Shown: in pieces, positions 1 to 8,435 of the stretch
Layout of the letters: each line of letters opens with the position of its first letter
Numbering within the stretch: position 1 is the stretch's first letter
Source: a virus
Taxonomy: Duplodnaviria; Caudoviricetes
DNA: 64,000 nucleotides
Reading direction: 5' to 3' (one strand)
IMG/VR virus record: IMGVR_UViG_3300037762_000184
Span: 19,653-83,652 of that record
Program-made: the position numbers and the translations under genes
The notes under the pieces: model-generated
Database searches by the model: none
What the model was told of the DNA's origin: nothing
What the model saw: only the letters and a program-made list of their open reading frames with translations

Positions 1-2
1 AC

Positions 3-1526
3 GGGCCAGTCGCCGTGTCCATTGCTGTGGTCTGCGGGCTCGTGCCCGGCGAACTTGCTGCACGGGTAGGCGGACCCATTCGGATCGGCGGCGCCGCACA
101 GCGGCTTGGGCGGCCCGAACCCGGCGCGAAGGGCGATCTCGGGCGCGGAAAACTCGCACCGGGAGACGGTCAGGTGTCCATAGGGGAGAAGGCAGACCCA
201 GGACGACAACACAGGGTGCCGCATGCCGCACTTCGGCCTTGGCGGCTCCCCGGCCGGCGGCTCGGGGGTGGAGACCTCCTCGTCAACGTCCTCCACCAGC
301 ATTCGCCCCGGCAGCTCCTCGTTCGGGTCGAGGTTGAAGCGGCGGCAGAGATTCACCGCGTAGCCAGATCCGACAGCCAGGGCCTCGACGACGGCGTGCC
401 ACCGGACGCCTCCCGCGGGATGGCGAGGTCGGGCGTTCCGCACCGCCCGCCTCACCAGCTCTTCGTCGCTGATCTCCGGTGTGGCGCTCTCGGCCTCCCC
501 CGTCTCCGGTGACGGAGGCTCGGCGTCACCCGGCTCCTCGAAGGGCGCTCGCTCGGGGTCAGGCTCGACCGCTTCGATCTCCGCCTCCGGTGACGGTGCG
601 GGCGGGGAGGCTTCAGAGGGATCGGCGCGTTCGCGGTGCCACTGATCCACGAGCCGCTCAACGCCCGCGCAGGTCGAAGCCCCAAAAGGGCCGCCCGCAG
701 CGAACTCGGGACGAGCGCCCTCAGCCCTCCAGCCGCCGCCGCGATGCTCGAAGACGCGGAAGCCGCGGTAGACGTTCCAGGGCGCCGCCCCTTCCGTCTC
801 TGCGGGGCGGGCCTCCCCTCGCGCGACTTGGCTGGCAAGCGCTACGGCGCCGCGGAGGCGCAATTGAGCGTGGTGGCTCCCGACGTGAGGCATGGCCGAT
901 TCGGCGGCGACTACCAGGCTCCACAGCGCCGAAACGAGCGCACCGGGCTTCTCTGCGGGGCGGGCCGAGGGCGGCGGCGGAGCGGACGCGGCGCCGCGCT
1001 TCCATAAGACGTTCCCGTGCGGCTCCTTCAGCCACTCGGCGTACTCCTCGAAGTCGAAGCGCGGCGTCTCTGCAGGGCGGGGAGCGGCGAGGTTGAGTAG
1101 CGATACGATCTCGTCGAGTGATCGCCGAGCGTCGCTCAAGGCCCATGCGCCGACGCTGCCTCGACGGTAGATCCCGAAAGGCGGACCGTTCGGAGCTGTA
1201 TCGACGTACCACTCGCCCGTTTCGCGGGCAACCGCGGCCGCCTCTTCGGCTCCAGGGGTGGGGCCGATGCCTGCGTAGCTGCGGGCCACCTCTTCGCGGA
1301 CCTGCGCCTCGCAACCCTCAGCCGGCCGCAGCAGCCCGGACTTGATGAGATTGTCGGCGGCCGCGTAGTCCCGGGCTTGCGGCTGTGGGGCTCCAGGGGT
1401 GGGGAGGGCGGAGCGAAGAAAGTCGGCGAGGATGGCTTCGCGCTCCGACGCGTAGTCATCGTAGCCGGCGGCGGCCAAGGCTAAGTTGTGAACCGCTCGC
1501 GCGATCCGGTCGGCGGGGTCATCCAT
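3..1526 (-). CDS. hypothetical protein, Pro/Glu-rich, runs off the left edge
   Basis: Open minus-strand frame read by hand (MDDPADRIARAVHNLALAAAGYDDY...); start overlaps the upstream stop; absent from the ORF track, presumably because it is truncated. Confidence 0.6.
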   Translation of the reverse strand, partial: MDDPADRIARAVHNLALAAAGYDDYASEREAILADFLRSALPTPGAPQPQARDYAAADNLIKSGLLRPAEGCEAQVREEVARSYAGIGPTPGAEEAAAVARETGEWYVDTAPNGPPFGIYRRGSVGAWALSDARRSLDEIVSLLNLAAPRPAETPRFDFEEYAEWLKEPHGNVLWKRGAASAPPPPSARPAEKPGALVSALWSLVVAAESAMPHVGSHHAQLRLRGAVALASQVARGEARPAETEGAAPWNVYRGFRVFEHRGGGWRAEGARPEFAAGGPFGASTCAGVERLVDQWHRERADPSEASPPAPSPEAEIEAVEPDPERAPFEEPGDAEPPSPETGEAESATPEISDEELVRRAVRNARPRHPAGGVRWHAVVEALAVGSGYAVNLCRRFNLDPNEELPGRMLVEDVDEEVSTPEPPAGEPPRPKCGMRHPVLSSWVCLLPYGHLTVSRCEFSAPEIALRAGFGPPKPLCGAADPNGSAYPCSKFAGHEPADHSNGHGDWP

Positions 1527-2011
1527 CACGCAGCTCCTCCGCCGAGACGCGAGAGCAGCTCACCGAGCGAGGCGGCCCGCTCCGCGTCCACCCCAGCCGG
1601 CAGGTGGCCGTCCGGGGTCGGCTCGTCAGGGTGTAGGTCTAGCTCGATGTCGCCCAGCTCCAGTTCTCTACGCCGGGAGTAGGGCGGCTGGGGGAGCGCG
1701 TCAGCACCCTTCATCCCAGCCCGCTCGGTTACCTCGGCGCCGTGCTTCCGGATGATGAACGCCTCTTGCCGCATGATCGTCGCCGCGTAGTGAAGCGCGT
1801 CGCGGTGGCTGTCGCGCCAACCGGTCGGCCACGTGTCGACGTGTGTTGCGATGCGTGAGGCGGCGGCGACCAGCAGGTGCTCCGCGACCTGCACCAGCTC
1901 GGCGTCTGTCACACGCGACGAGAGCAGCCCGTCGGCCGACAGCCAACCGAGGAGCTGGTAGAGGTACTGCTGTTCGAGGTCTTCGGTGCTAGTATTTCGT
2001 TTGTGGGGCAT
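1526..2011 (-). CDS. hypothetical protein
   Basis: MPHKRNTSTEDLEQQ..., AGAAAGGG RBS-like sequence upstream of ATG 2011. Confidence 0.65.
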   Translation of the reverse strand: MPHKRNTSTEDLEQQYLYQLLGWLSADGLLSSRVTDAELVQVAEHLLVAAASRIATHVDTWPTGWRDSHRDALHYAATIMRQEAFIIRKHGAEVTERAGMKGADALPQPPYSRRRELELGDIELDLHPDEPTPDGHLPAGVDAERAASLGELLSRLGGGAA

Positions 2012-2070
2012 CGGTGTTGCCCTTTCTGCCCCGTCCCGGCTTCCGAGCGCCGGGGCGGGGCGTAGTCGTT

Positions 2071-2484
2071 TCAGACGAATTCCACCTTCGGGCAGAAGCG
2101 CTGCTTGCGGGCGCGGAGGTAGGACAGGACCAGCGGATCGCGGGCGGTCACGTGATCCCAAGCGACGAGGCCGCCGACCACCAGTCCACCGGCGAGAAGC
2201 ACTAACCCGAACGCCACCAGGAAGAGCGAGGGGTCGTCGAGAACAATGACGACGAACAGCGACAAAAGAGATCCGGCCAGACAGGAGCTGAGGGCCAGCC
2301 TCAAGAGCCGCGGCACGCGGTGGCTCCGGATCGGCCATGCGAGCGAGTACAGGAGCAGGCCCCAAAGCATCAAGGGGCTTGCGACAACTCGCCAGAAGAC
2401 GACGCAGAGAGATGCGTCATCCGGCACTTCGTCGGCGCCAAGATAGGCAAGCCGGACCAGCCAAGAGCCTCTTTTCAGTTGCAC
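2071..2484 (-). CDS. membrane protein
   Basis: GTG after GAGGAGGAG RBS; three hydrophobic segments. Confidence 0.7.
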   Translation of the reverse strand: MQLKRGSWLVRLAYLGADEVPDDASLCVVFWRVVASPLMLWGLLLYSLAWPIRSHRVPRLLRLALSSCLAGSLLSLFVVIVLDDPSLFLVAFGLVLLAGGLVVGGLVAWDHVTARDPLVLSYLRARKQRFCPKVEFV

Positions 2485-2509
2485 GTTCTCTCCTCCTCGG
2501 TCAGTCGTT

Positions 2510-2698
2510 TCAGGGGCAGGGCGGCGCCGGCAGTGCCCTGTAACCGGCGTGGTCGCCGCGTTCGTTGAACAGGCTCTCCCGGACCGGGCTGGCGCTCTCC
2601 CGCGGGAGCGGTTCACGTTCCGAGTCGACGGCGTCGAGCAGGCAGTGGCGCCCGCGGCTGAAGGTCGCCTCATCCGGTCCCTTCTCGTCGCGGCTCAT
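2510..2698 (-). CDS. hypothetical protein
   Basis: ATGA overlap with the upstream gene. Confidence 0.45.
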   Translation of the reverse strand: MSRDEKGPDEATFSRGRHCLLDAVDSEREPLPRESASPVRESLFNERGDHAGYRALPAPPCP

Positions 2699-3024
2699 GC
2701 CGCGCTCCTCAGCCCGTCGAGCGCCACCTTCCACCCTCCGAAGGAGTCTCCGAGGCAGGCGAGGTCTTGGCGGGTGATGTACTGGTACCGCCTCCCGTCA
2801 GCGTCCTCCCGCCACACGGTGTCGTGCTGCCCTCCCGGCGTCAGGTGCGGGATGCCGTTCAGCCCCGCCGTCCCGTGCCGCATCCTCCGGCGCTTGCCGA
2901 GGATGGGCGGGTGGGTGCGGCGCTGGGCGTAGCGGCTCTGGTAGCCCGGAAGCAGCATGGCCGCCGCCTTCGCGGCCTTCTTCTTGGCCGCCTGCTGCCT
3001 CCGGCGCTCGCTCTTGTTCGCCAT
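2695..3024 (-). CDS. hypothetical basic protein
   Basis: MANKSERRRQQAAKKKAAK; coupled start/stop. Confidence 0.65.
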   Translation of the reverse strand: MANKSERRRQQAAKKKAAKAAAMLLPGYQSRYAQRRTHPPILGKRRRMRHGTAGLNGIPHLTPGGQHDTVWREDADGRRYQYITRQDLACLGDSFGGWKVALDGLRSAA

Positions 3025-3245
3025 CAGTTGAAGCCTTCGATGAAGTCGCGCATCGACTGCGTGGTCTTGAGGTGCCCGGCGAGGCGCAGGGACGCCATCA
3101 GCGCTTTCCCGGGGTGTGTCACCGTCTCCGGGTGCTTGCCGAGGTATGAGAGCATCGAAGCCATCGCTTGGTCGATGTCATTGGAATCGACGTACTCCAG
3201 CGCCCTGGTCTTGCACCAATCGAGGTGTTCGTTTCTCGTTCGCAC
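3024..3245 (-). CDS. conserved phage hypothetical protein
   Basis: EHLDWCKTRALEY...ASMLSYLGKHPET pattern; GAAGGGAGGG RBS before GTG 3245. Confidence 0.7.
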   Translation of the reverse strand: MRTRNEHLDWCKTRALEYVDSNDIDQAMASMLSYLGKHPETVTHPGKALMASLRLAGHLKTTQSMRDFIEGFN

Positions 3246-3266
3246 AGCGTCCCTCCCTTCGGTCAG

Positions 3267-3370
3267 TCGTGGACTCGACGCTGCCCCGGTGGTATCCCCG
3301 CCTCGGCCTTGCACCGGGTCGTGGGGCTTTTGGTCCCCAGGCGGGCGCCGGAGCAGCGTCCAGTCCACGA
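3267..3370 (-). ncRNA. structured RNA candidate A (strand inferred)
   Basis: 17-bp terminal inverted repeat TCGTGGACT-GACGCTGC / GCAGCGTC-AGTCCACGA enclosing internal helices (CCCGCCT/AGGCGGG, GGGGAC/GCCCC). Confidence 0.5.
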
Positions 3371-3380
3371 GTTGTCAAAT

Positions 3381-3427
3381 CCGAGGCGGCACCGCAGCGG
3401 GCGCCGGTCTTCGCCCTGCCGCCTCGG
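3381..3427. other. GC-rich hairpin (terminator or processing site)
   Basis: Perfect 11-bp CCGAGGCGGCA/TGCCGCCTCGG stem with an inner GGGCG/CGCCC stem. Confidence 0.5.
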
Positions 3428-3502
3428 CCCTGCTACCGAGTCCGGGACTCCCCTGTTAGAACGGCCCCGTAGTCCGCTGCTGCGGCGCAGGCTTTGGGGT
3501 TG

Positions 3503-3687
3503 GAGCGGTGCTCCAGAGAGGGCGGGGCGCCCGGCATCGTCCCGAAGGAGTTTCCAGCCGAGCCCGTCGCGTGCGCGTCCCTTGCGGGCCGTCGCATGTC
3601 CTAGCGATCCGGGTGAAGTCGGTGCATCCGAAGACCACCGCTGTCGGAATCCCGCAATCGGTTCCCGCCCTCACTGCAGCACCGCTC
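3503..3687 (-). ncRNA. structured RNA candidate B (~185 nt)
   Basis: About 22-bp interrupted closing stem; internal hairpins with cUUCGg (x2) and GCAA loops on the minus strand; CCCGGAUCG/CGAUGCCGGG inner helix. Confidence 0.6.
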
Positions 3688-4000
3688 AAGGTTCTCTCCT
3701 CAGTCGTTCCTCGCCTCCACAGGCCGCCCCGACGACGGGGGACGTGTGGGATGTACTGCTGGGCTGCTGTTGGCGGGCCGGCTCACGAACGACAGCCGGA
3801 TCGTTGGTGGCGTTGGGATACGCCGAGGCAGCCTGTGCAGGCGAGGACTTGGAGCGCGAAGCGAGGTAGCGGGTGACGAGCAGCCGCGCCCGTGCGATCT
3901 CAGCGGCGAGCCGGTAGCGGTGCTCTTCCGCCGGCATGCCTTCGACCAGCACGATCCACGGAGAGTCCGGGTGGCGACGGCCGGAGAAGAGGGAGGTCAT
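3686..4000 (-). CDS. hypothetical protein
   Basis: ATGA-coupled start; C-terminus uncertain. Confidence 0.45.
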   Translation of the reverse strand: MTSLFSGRRHPDSPWIVLVEGMPAEEHRYRLAAEIARARLLVTRYLASRSKSSPAQAASAYPNATNDPAVVREPARQQQPSSTSHTSPVVGAACGGEERLRREP

Positions 4001-4380
4001 GCGGACCTCCGGCGGCGCTCTAAGTGAGCGGTCTTGTAGGGCGCGCAGTAGGCGGTGTGCGCTCGCGTGCAGGGCCGACAGCGGCAGCCGTAGTTCGTGT
4101 AGGTGCTGGTCGTCCCGTGCGTCGGGTTTGCCTCGCCGCGGAGGAAGCTCTCGCGCAGGTCGGCTACATGTTGAAGCTGTGCTTCCCGGCAGTCGGCGCA
4201 GCGGCATCCATGGTTGGCGTAGCCGGCGTGCGTTCCGTGTGGGACGCGGCTGAGGTCCCCCTCGGCGACTCTTTGTCGAAAGCGTTGGCGGCGGGCGCGG
4301 GAGTCGGCTGCATGGGCACCACGGCAGGCGTCACACCGGCACCCTTGCTGATAAAGCGAGTCGGTCCCGTGCTCGCTCAC
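3997..4380 (-). CDS. protein with three HGTxxxYxxxGCRCxxC repeats (putative Zn-binding)
   Basis: Repeats visible in the translation. Confidence 0.75.
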   Translation of the reverse strand: MSEHGTDSLYQQGCRCDACRGAHAADSRARRQRFRQRVAEGDLSRVPHGTHAGYANHGCRCADCREAQLQHVADLRESFLRGEANPTHGTTSTYTNYGCRCRPCTRAHTAYCAPYKTAHLERRRRSA

Positions 4381-4562
4381 CGCTGGCCTCCCTTCGCCTC
4401 GACGATCGCCGTCATGAGCGCCCGCCTCAGCCCCTCAGCCGTCTCCACCGGGATGGTCGCCACCATCGACAGAGGAGGAGAGCCGGAGACCACCAGCACG
4501 CCTGAGAGCGCGACGGTGACGGTGCCTGCCTTGGGGTCAGGGGTGACCGAGAGGGCGGTCAC
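4377..4562 (-). CDS. hypothetical protein
   Basis: Coupled start/stop overlaps. Confidence 0.6.
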   Translation of the reverse strand: MTALSVTPDPKAGTVTVALSGVLVVSGSPPLSMVATIPVETAEGLRRALMTAIVEAKGGQR

Positions 4563-5335
4563 ACCGCGCTCCGAGCGCGAGCCGCGGCATCACTCAGGAA
4601 GGCGAGGGGGAGCCGCCGCTCCTTGGAGGCATGGTTGTAGACCTGCTCCAGGCTGAGCACGTAGTCGCGGATGCTGCGCTGCCTTTCCAGCAGGTGGTTC
4701 CACTTGCCGAGCCTCCTCTCCAGCTCGGTGAGGTCAACTTCCTCGACGATCACGACGCGGGAAGCCGCCTGAACGAACGGCGTCGTGGTGGCGAACGCGC
4801 TGCCCGCCTCCTTGGCGGCCGCGACGAGCCGGGCCACCGCCTCCGCGTGTTGGCGGCCCGCAGGAGTCACTCGGTAGTTGCCCGCCTTGAACCCGGGGTA
4901 CTTGTTGTGACTGGCGGCAAGCTCACCGGCGAGCATCCCGATGCAGCAGCCGAGCGGGAGGTCCGTGCGCGTCCAAAACTGCTTCACCTCGACGTAGTAG
5001 CCGCGCCCCTCGCGAACGTAGGAGGTGAGGTAGTCGGCCAACGACCACGGCTTCGTGGCGGCCTCCAGCTCGTGAATGCCGATATCCCCGTCGTCGGCGA
5101 GGACGTAGTAGACCGGGATGCCAAGCTCGCGGGCGACGGCGAAGCGGTGGTGTCCGGCTTTGATCTTCAGCTTCGTGCCGTTCGGGACGCAGTGGAGTGG
5201 GTACTGCGGCAGGAAGCCATACCGCTCCATGCTCTTGCGCAGCTTGTCGGGCTCCGTGTCCCGGTTCTGTGGGTTCAGCTCGAACTTGTCGTAGTCGCGG
5301 GTCGACAGCAGCTTCGGTGCGGCGGCGGTGGTCAT
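4559..5335 (-). CDS. ParB/Srx N-terminal domain protein
   Basis: NPQNR...LRKSMERYG...KIKAGHHRFAVARELGIPV. Confidence 0.75.
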   Translation of the reverse strand: MTTAAAPKLLSTRDYDKFELNPQNRDTEPDKLRKSMERYGFLPQYPLHCVPNGTKLKIKAGHHRFAVARELGIPVYYVLADDGDIGIHELEAATKPWSLADYLTSYVREGRGYYVEVKQFWTRTDLPLGCCIGMLAGELAASHNKYPGFKAGNYRVTPAGRQHAEAVARLVAAAKEAGSAFATTTPFVQAASRVVIVEEVDLTELERRLGKWNHLLERQRSIRDYVLSLEQVYNHASKERRLPLAFLSDAAARARSAV

Positions 5336-6063
5336 GCGGTCTGCTCCTCCCTGTTCAGCTCATTGGCGATCCAGTCGTTCACCCGGAAAAGCGCAGCCAC
5401 CCGATGGGGGTCGGTGCGGCTGATGCGTTCCAGTTGGCTGATCGCGGACTCGGCGAAAGCCATCGCGTCGGAAATCTCGGCGGGGGGGATGCGCTCGGGA
5501 AGCCGCAACGGTTCCGGCGCCGTCTCCGCTCGCCGCCCGATGTTCGTGGTGTCCTGCTGGTAGGTGGTCCCGCCGCGGGTCACTTCGCGAATCGCGGGCC
5601 GTTCTATCTTAGGTTCGTCCTGAGATAGCACCTCGTCACGGCGCAAGCGGCTGACCCATGATTGGTCGACGCCGCAAGCCTTCGCGATTTCGCTGTCGCT
5701 CAAGGACACCCACTCGAAATCGTTGAGAAGGGTGAAAACAGCCTTCCGCTTGTCGGCATTGGAGCGGCGCAGCCCGTGGGCTTGATTCGCCCCCACGCTG
5801 TAGAGGATCGCGTCCCGCCGCGTGCCGCTCTTGACCTCCGGCCGGCAGCTCGTCAGCCCTGCCCGCTTCATCGCGTGGTACCGGTGGAAGCCGTCCGCCA
5901 GCCAGTACTCGGCGCCGTCGTGGAAGACGACCACCGGCGGGAACTCGGCGTCACCCTCCATCGCCTCGGCGTACTCGGCGACGGTGGTTTCGTTGATCTC
6001 CGCCCGCGGCTGCGTGTCGCCGTCCAGGCGGATCAGGTCGAGGTGAAGGGGCTTGCCGCTCAC
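5332..6063 (-). CDS. ParB N-terminal domain plus HTH protein
   Basis: TQPRAEI...FPPVVVF...YWLADGFHRYHA; GTGA overlap with the Cro-like stop. Confidence 0.8.
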   Translation of the reverse strand: MSGKPLHLDLIRLDGDTQPRAEINETTVAEYAEAMEGDAEFPPVVVFHDGAEYWLADGFHRYHAMKRAGLTSCRPEVKSGTRRDAILYSVGANQAHGLRRSNADKRKAVFTLLNDFEWVSLSDSEIAKACGVDQSWVSRLRRDEVLSQDEPKIERPAIREVTRGGTTYQQDTTNIGRRAETAPEPLRLPERIPPAEISDAMAFAESAISQLERISRTDPHRVAALFRVNDWIANELNREEQTA

Positions 6064-6335
6064 GCTGCCGCTCCAGCCTTCCGCTCGCCGGAGTCGGCGG
6101 GCTCCAACTCCCACCCATCTGCCGGCGAGTTGAAGAGCCGCTGCAAGATGCCGGTGTTTGCGCCATCCGGGCGCCCGGCCTCGCATAGCCAGACGCGCAC
6201 GGTTGAGGCGGCGAGTGGTCCCTTGTCGATCTTCCGGCGCTCCGCCGAGACCATCGCCGCCACGTCCTTGTCGGTGAGTCCGCGCGCCCGCATCGTGTCG
6301 CGAAGGTGGCGCGCCGAGGGTCGGTAAGTTGCCAT
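6060..6335 (-). CDS. Cro-like HTH regulator, probably leaderless
   Basis: HLRDTMRARGLTDKDVAAMV...STVRVWL; divergent from the XRE repressor. Confidence 0.65.
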   Translation of the reverse strand: MATYRPSARHLRDTMRARGLTDKDVAAMVSAERRKIDKGPLAASTVRVWLCEAGRPDGANTGILQRLFNSPADGWELEPADSGERKAGAAA

Positions 6336-6342
6336 GCGCAGC

Positions 6343-6371
6343 ACCATAGCGTCTTGCGGCTTACCTGTCAA
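6343..6371 (-). promoter_or_regulatory. sigma70-like promoter TTGACA-17-TATGGT
   Basis: Direct sequence; predicted TSS at or near ATG 6335. Confidence 0.75.
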
Positions 6372-6390
6372 GCCCCTCCGCGCATGCTGC

Positions 6391-6419
6391 TTGACACAGC
6401 AAGCCAGCGCGGCTAACAT
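6391..6419 (+). promoter_or_regulatory. sigma70-like promoter TTGACA-17-TAACAT
   Basis: Direct sequence; back-to-back with the leftward promoter. Confidence 0.7.
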
Positions 6420-6429
6420 GCGCGATGCT

Positions 6430-6873
6430 ATGGGCGTAGAGCGCACCATTGCGCTGCACAGCGCAGCGGAGTACCCTGGGAGGGTGACTCACCCTTTGGC
6501 CGGCTTGGGGCCGGCGCTTGCTGTGCTGCGGAACCGCCGCGGCATGACTCAGCGGGAGCTAGAGGAAGCCGCCGACGTGGCCGAGAACAGCGTCAGTCGC
6601 TTCGAGAACGGCAGGCACATGCGGCTGGACATTCTCAGCCGTCTCCTTGCAGCGCTTGGTGCCGACCTGTGCGACCTCGGAGTCGAGGCGCGAAGGGCGG
6701 TGGAGGTGGGCGAGGGCGAGGCAGCCGAGCCTCGCAGCCCCTACCACTACATGGCGGTGGAAACCGGGGCCGTATCAGAGCGCCGCCGGCTGGCGCTACT
6801 AGAGCAACGGCAGGCGGAGCTGGAATTGAGGCTGGCGGGTCTGGAGGACAAAGGCATAGCGGGGCGGGAGTGA
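6430..6873 (+). CDS. XRE/CI-like HTH repressor
   Basis: LAVLRNRRGMTQRELEEAADVAENSVSRFENG; C-terminal coiled coil; start uncertain (6430 or 6484). Confidence 0.85.
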   Translation: MGVERTIALHSAAEYPGRVTHPLAGLGPALAVLRNRRGMTQRELEEAADVAENSVSRFENGRHMRLDILSRLLAALGADLCDLGVEARRAVEVGEGEAAEPRSPYHYMAVETGAVSERRRLALLEQRQAELELRLAGLEDKGIAGRE

Positions 6874-6877
6874 ACTC

Positions 6878-7717
6878 ATGGGATTTGAAGAGCTAGCGCA
6901 GCGCGCGAACGACTGCCGGGTGGCCGGCAGGCACGAGGAGGCGGCGGAGCTGTTCGCCAGGGCGGAGGACGAGCTTTCGCCGGACGTCGAGGACCGGCGC
7001 CGGGCGCTGCTCCTGTCGTTGCAGGCGACGCTCGACCGGGACATGTGCCGCTACGGCTCGGCGCTCGACAAGCTGACCCGCGCCGCCAGGCTCTACCGCC
7101 TACACGGTGACAGCGACGGGCTCGCCCGGTGCGATATCAAGCGCGGCATCGCCCTCGACGACATGGGCGAGCACGAGGCGGCGAAGGCGGAGTTCGGCTC
7201 GGCCTGGAAGCGGGTGCCTCCAGACTCCGACCTCCGGGTCATGGCGGTCTACAACATCATCAACGCCGAGGTGTGCCAGGGGAACATCGCGCAGGCGCGG
7301 GCGATGTTCGAGGCGATGCGCCCGGCCGCAGATCTCATGGTGGAGCAAGGCGACCCGCTCGGCCATCATCTGCGGGTGCACTGGACCGAGGCCGAGATTC
7401 TGCTCGGCGAGGATCGGGTCGAGGAGGCCCGCTCAATCCTACGGGAGGTGTCCAGCCACTACGCGGCGACGGGCTCGGCGATCGACGCGTGCCGTGCCCT
7501 GACGGACTTGGCGGAGTGCGCGGTGCGGCTCGGAGAGTTGCCGGAGGCCGACGCGACCGCCTTGGTTATCGCCGGCCTGATGGCGAGGATCGGCCCGCGG
7601 GAGTCAGAGACGGTGCGGAAGATAGTACTGGCGCGGATGTCTCGGCGCCAGTACTCCGAGGCCGTGTTGAAGATGGTCCTGCTACGGAAGGGTCCGGCCC
7701 GTGTCCTGCGAGGCTAG
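6878..7717 (+). CDS. tetratricopeptide-repeat (TPR) protein
   Basis: Repeated helical A/L/G/Y patterns (YGSALDKLTRAARLY, HEAAKAEF, VEEARSILREV); no HTH. Confidence 0.7.
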   Translation: MGFEELAQRANDCRVAGRHEEAAELFARAEDELSPDVEDRRRALLLSLQATLDRDMCRYGSALDKLTRAARLYRLHGDSDGLARCDIKRGIALDDMGEHEAAKAEFGSAWKRVPPDSDLRVMAVYNIINAEVCQGNIAQARAMFEAMRPAADLMVEQGDPLGHHLRVHWTEAEILLGEDRVEEARSILREVSSHYAATGSAIDACRALTDLAECAVRLGELPEADATALVIAGLMARIGPRESETVRKIVLARMSRRQYSEAVLKMVLLRKGPARVLRG

Positions 7718-7983
7718 CCGTCAGGGTCCATTGAAGGATTCGCTTCCGTGCCGTTGTCGCATGCGGCGCAGGCGTCGCTCGTCGCGTCTTCCGGCACCGG
7801 CTCGACGGCCGGCTCCGGTTCCTCAGAGCTCGCGCTCACCCCGACCACCTCGAGCACGTCTCCCCAGGCAGCGGAGAGCCACCCCCACCAGCCCGCCGGC
7901 CCGTCCATCGGCCCCGCCATCGCCGGCGAAGCCAGCAGCAGAGACAGGAGCAGGCACCCCGTGAATCTCTTGGTCCTCAGCAT
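7714..7983 (-). CDS. secreted small protein/propeptide ending NPSMDPDG
   Basis: GAGGGAG RBS; basic N-terminus, hydrophobic core, AMA cleavage site; acidic linker. Confidence 0.75.
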   Translation of the reverse strand: MLRTKRFTGCLLLSLLLASPAMAGPMDGPAGWWGWLSAAWGDVLEVVGVSASSEEPEPAVEPVPEDATSDACAACDNGTEANPSMDPDG

Positions 7984-8046
7984 CTTCGACTCCCTCATCA
8001 GAGTGCGTCAGAGCGCCGTTGCCCTGGCGCACCTGGAGTCTACTCC

Positions 8047-8250
8047 ATGCGGGTGACAGAGGAGGGCGCCAGTGCTCTGGCAGGGGTGGCCGTCGTGCTC
8101 GTCATCGTCGCTGCAGGGATGATCGGCTGGTCTGCGGAGAGCGAGGGGATCGGCAAGGTGCTGGGGTTCCCGGCGGCTGCGGCGGCGCTGTTCGCGGCGT
8201 TGGTGTGCGGCGGGCTGGCGGTGGGGTGGTGGTGGCGGAGCAGGGAGTAG
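8047..8250 (+). CDS. small two-TM membrane protein
   Basis: Hydrophobic translation. Confidence 0.55.
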   Translation: MRVTEEGASALAGVAVVLVIVAAGMIGWSAESEGIGKVLGFPAAAAALFAALVCGGLAVGWWWRSRE

Positions 8251-8288
8251 GGGCGGCCGGCCGGACGGAAAACCGCCCCCAGGTCACG

Positions 8289-8435
8289 GACCCCGCCGCA
8301 AGGCATTTGGGATCTGCTGGGGGCGGGCGTCCCCCGAATCTGGTAGACTCGGGGTGTGATGGACGCGGCAACTGCTGTACCCAATCCCGAGTATAGCACC
8401 GGCACGATTCGCAACCTCTCCGGCCTAGAGGTTGG
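8289..8435. repeat. conserved non-coding element, copy 1
   Basis: 27-nt GACCCCGCCGCAAGGCATTTGGGATCT and 18-nt GGCACGATTCGCAACCTC...GAGGTTGG, both repeated at 49982-50162. Confidence 0.75.

Noticed and set aside
3503-3687. 6S RNA call
   Set aside because: Size fits, but the fold is multibranched rather than a rod with a central bubble; left as unknown ncRNA.
8401-8435. Resemblance to a c-di-GMP-I or SAM riboswitch (GCAACCTCTCCGGCCTAG)
   Set aside because: The similar bases are not kept in the second copy at 50129 and the other required helices are missing.
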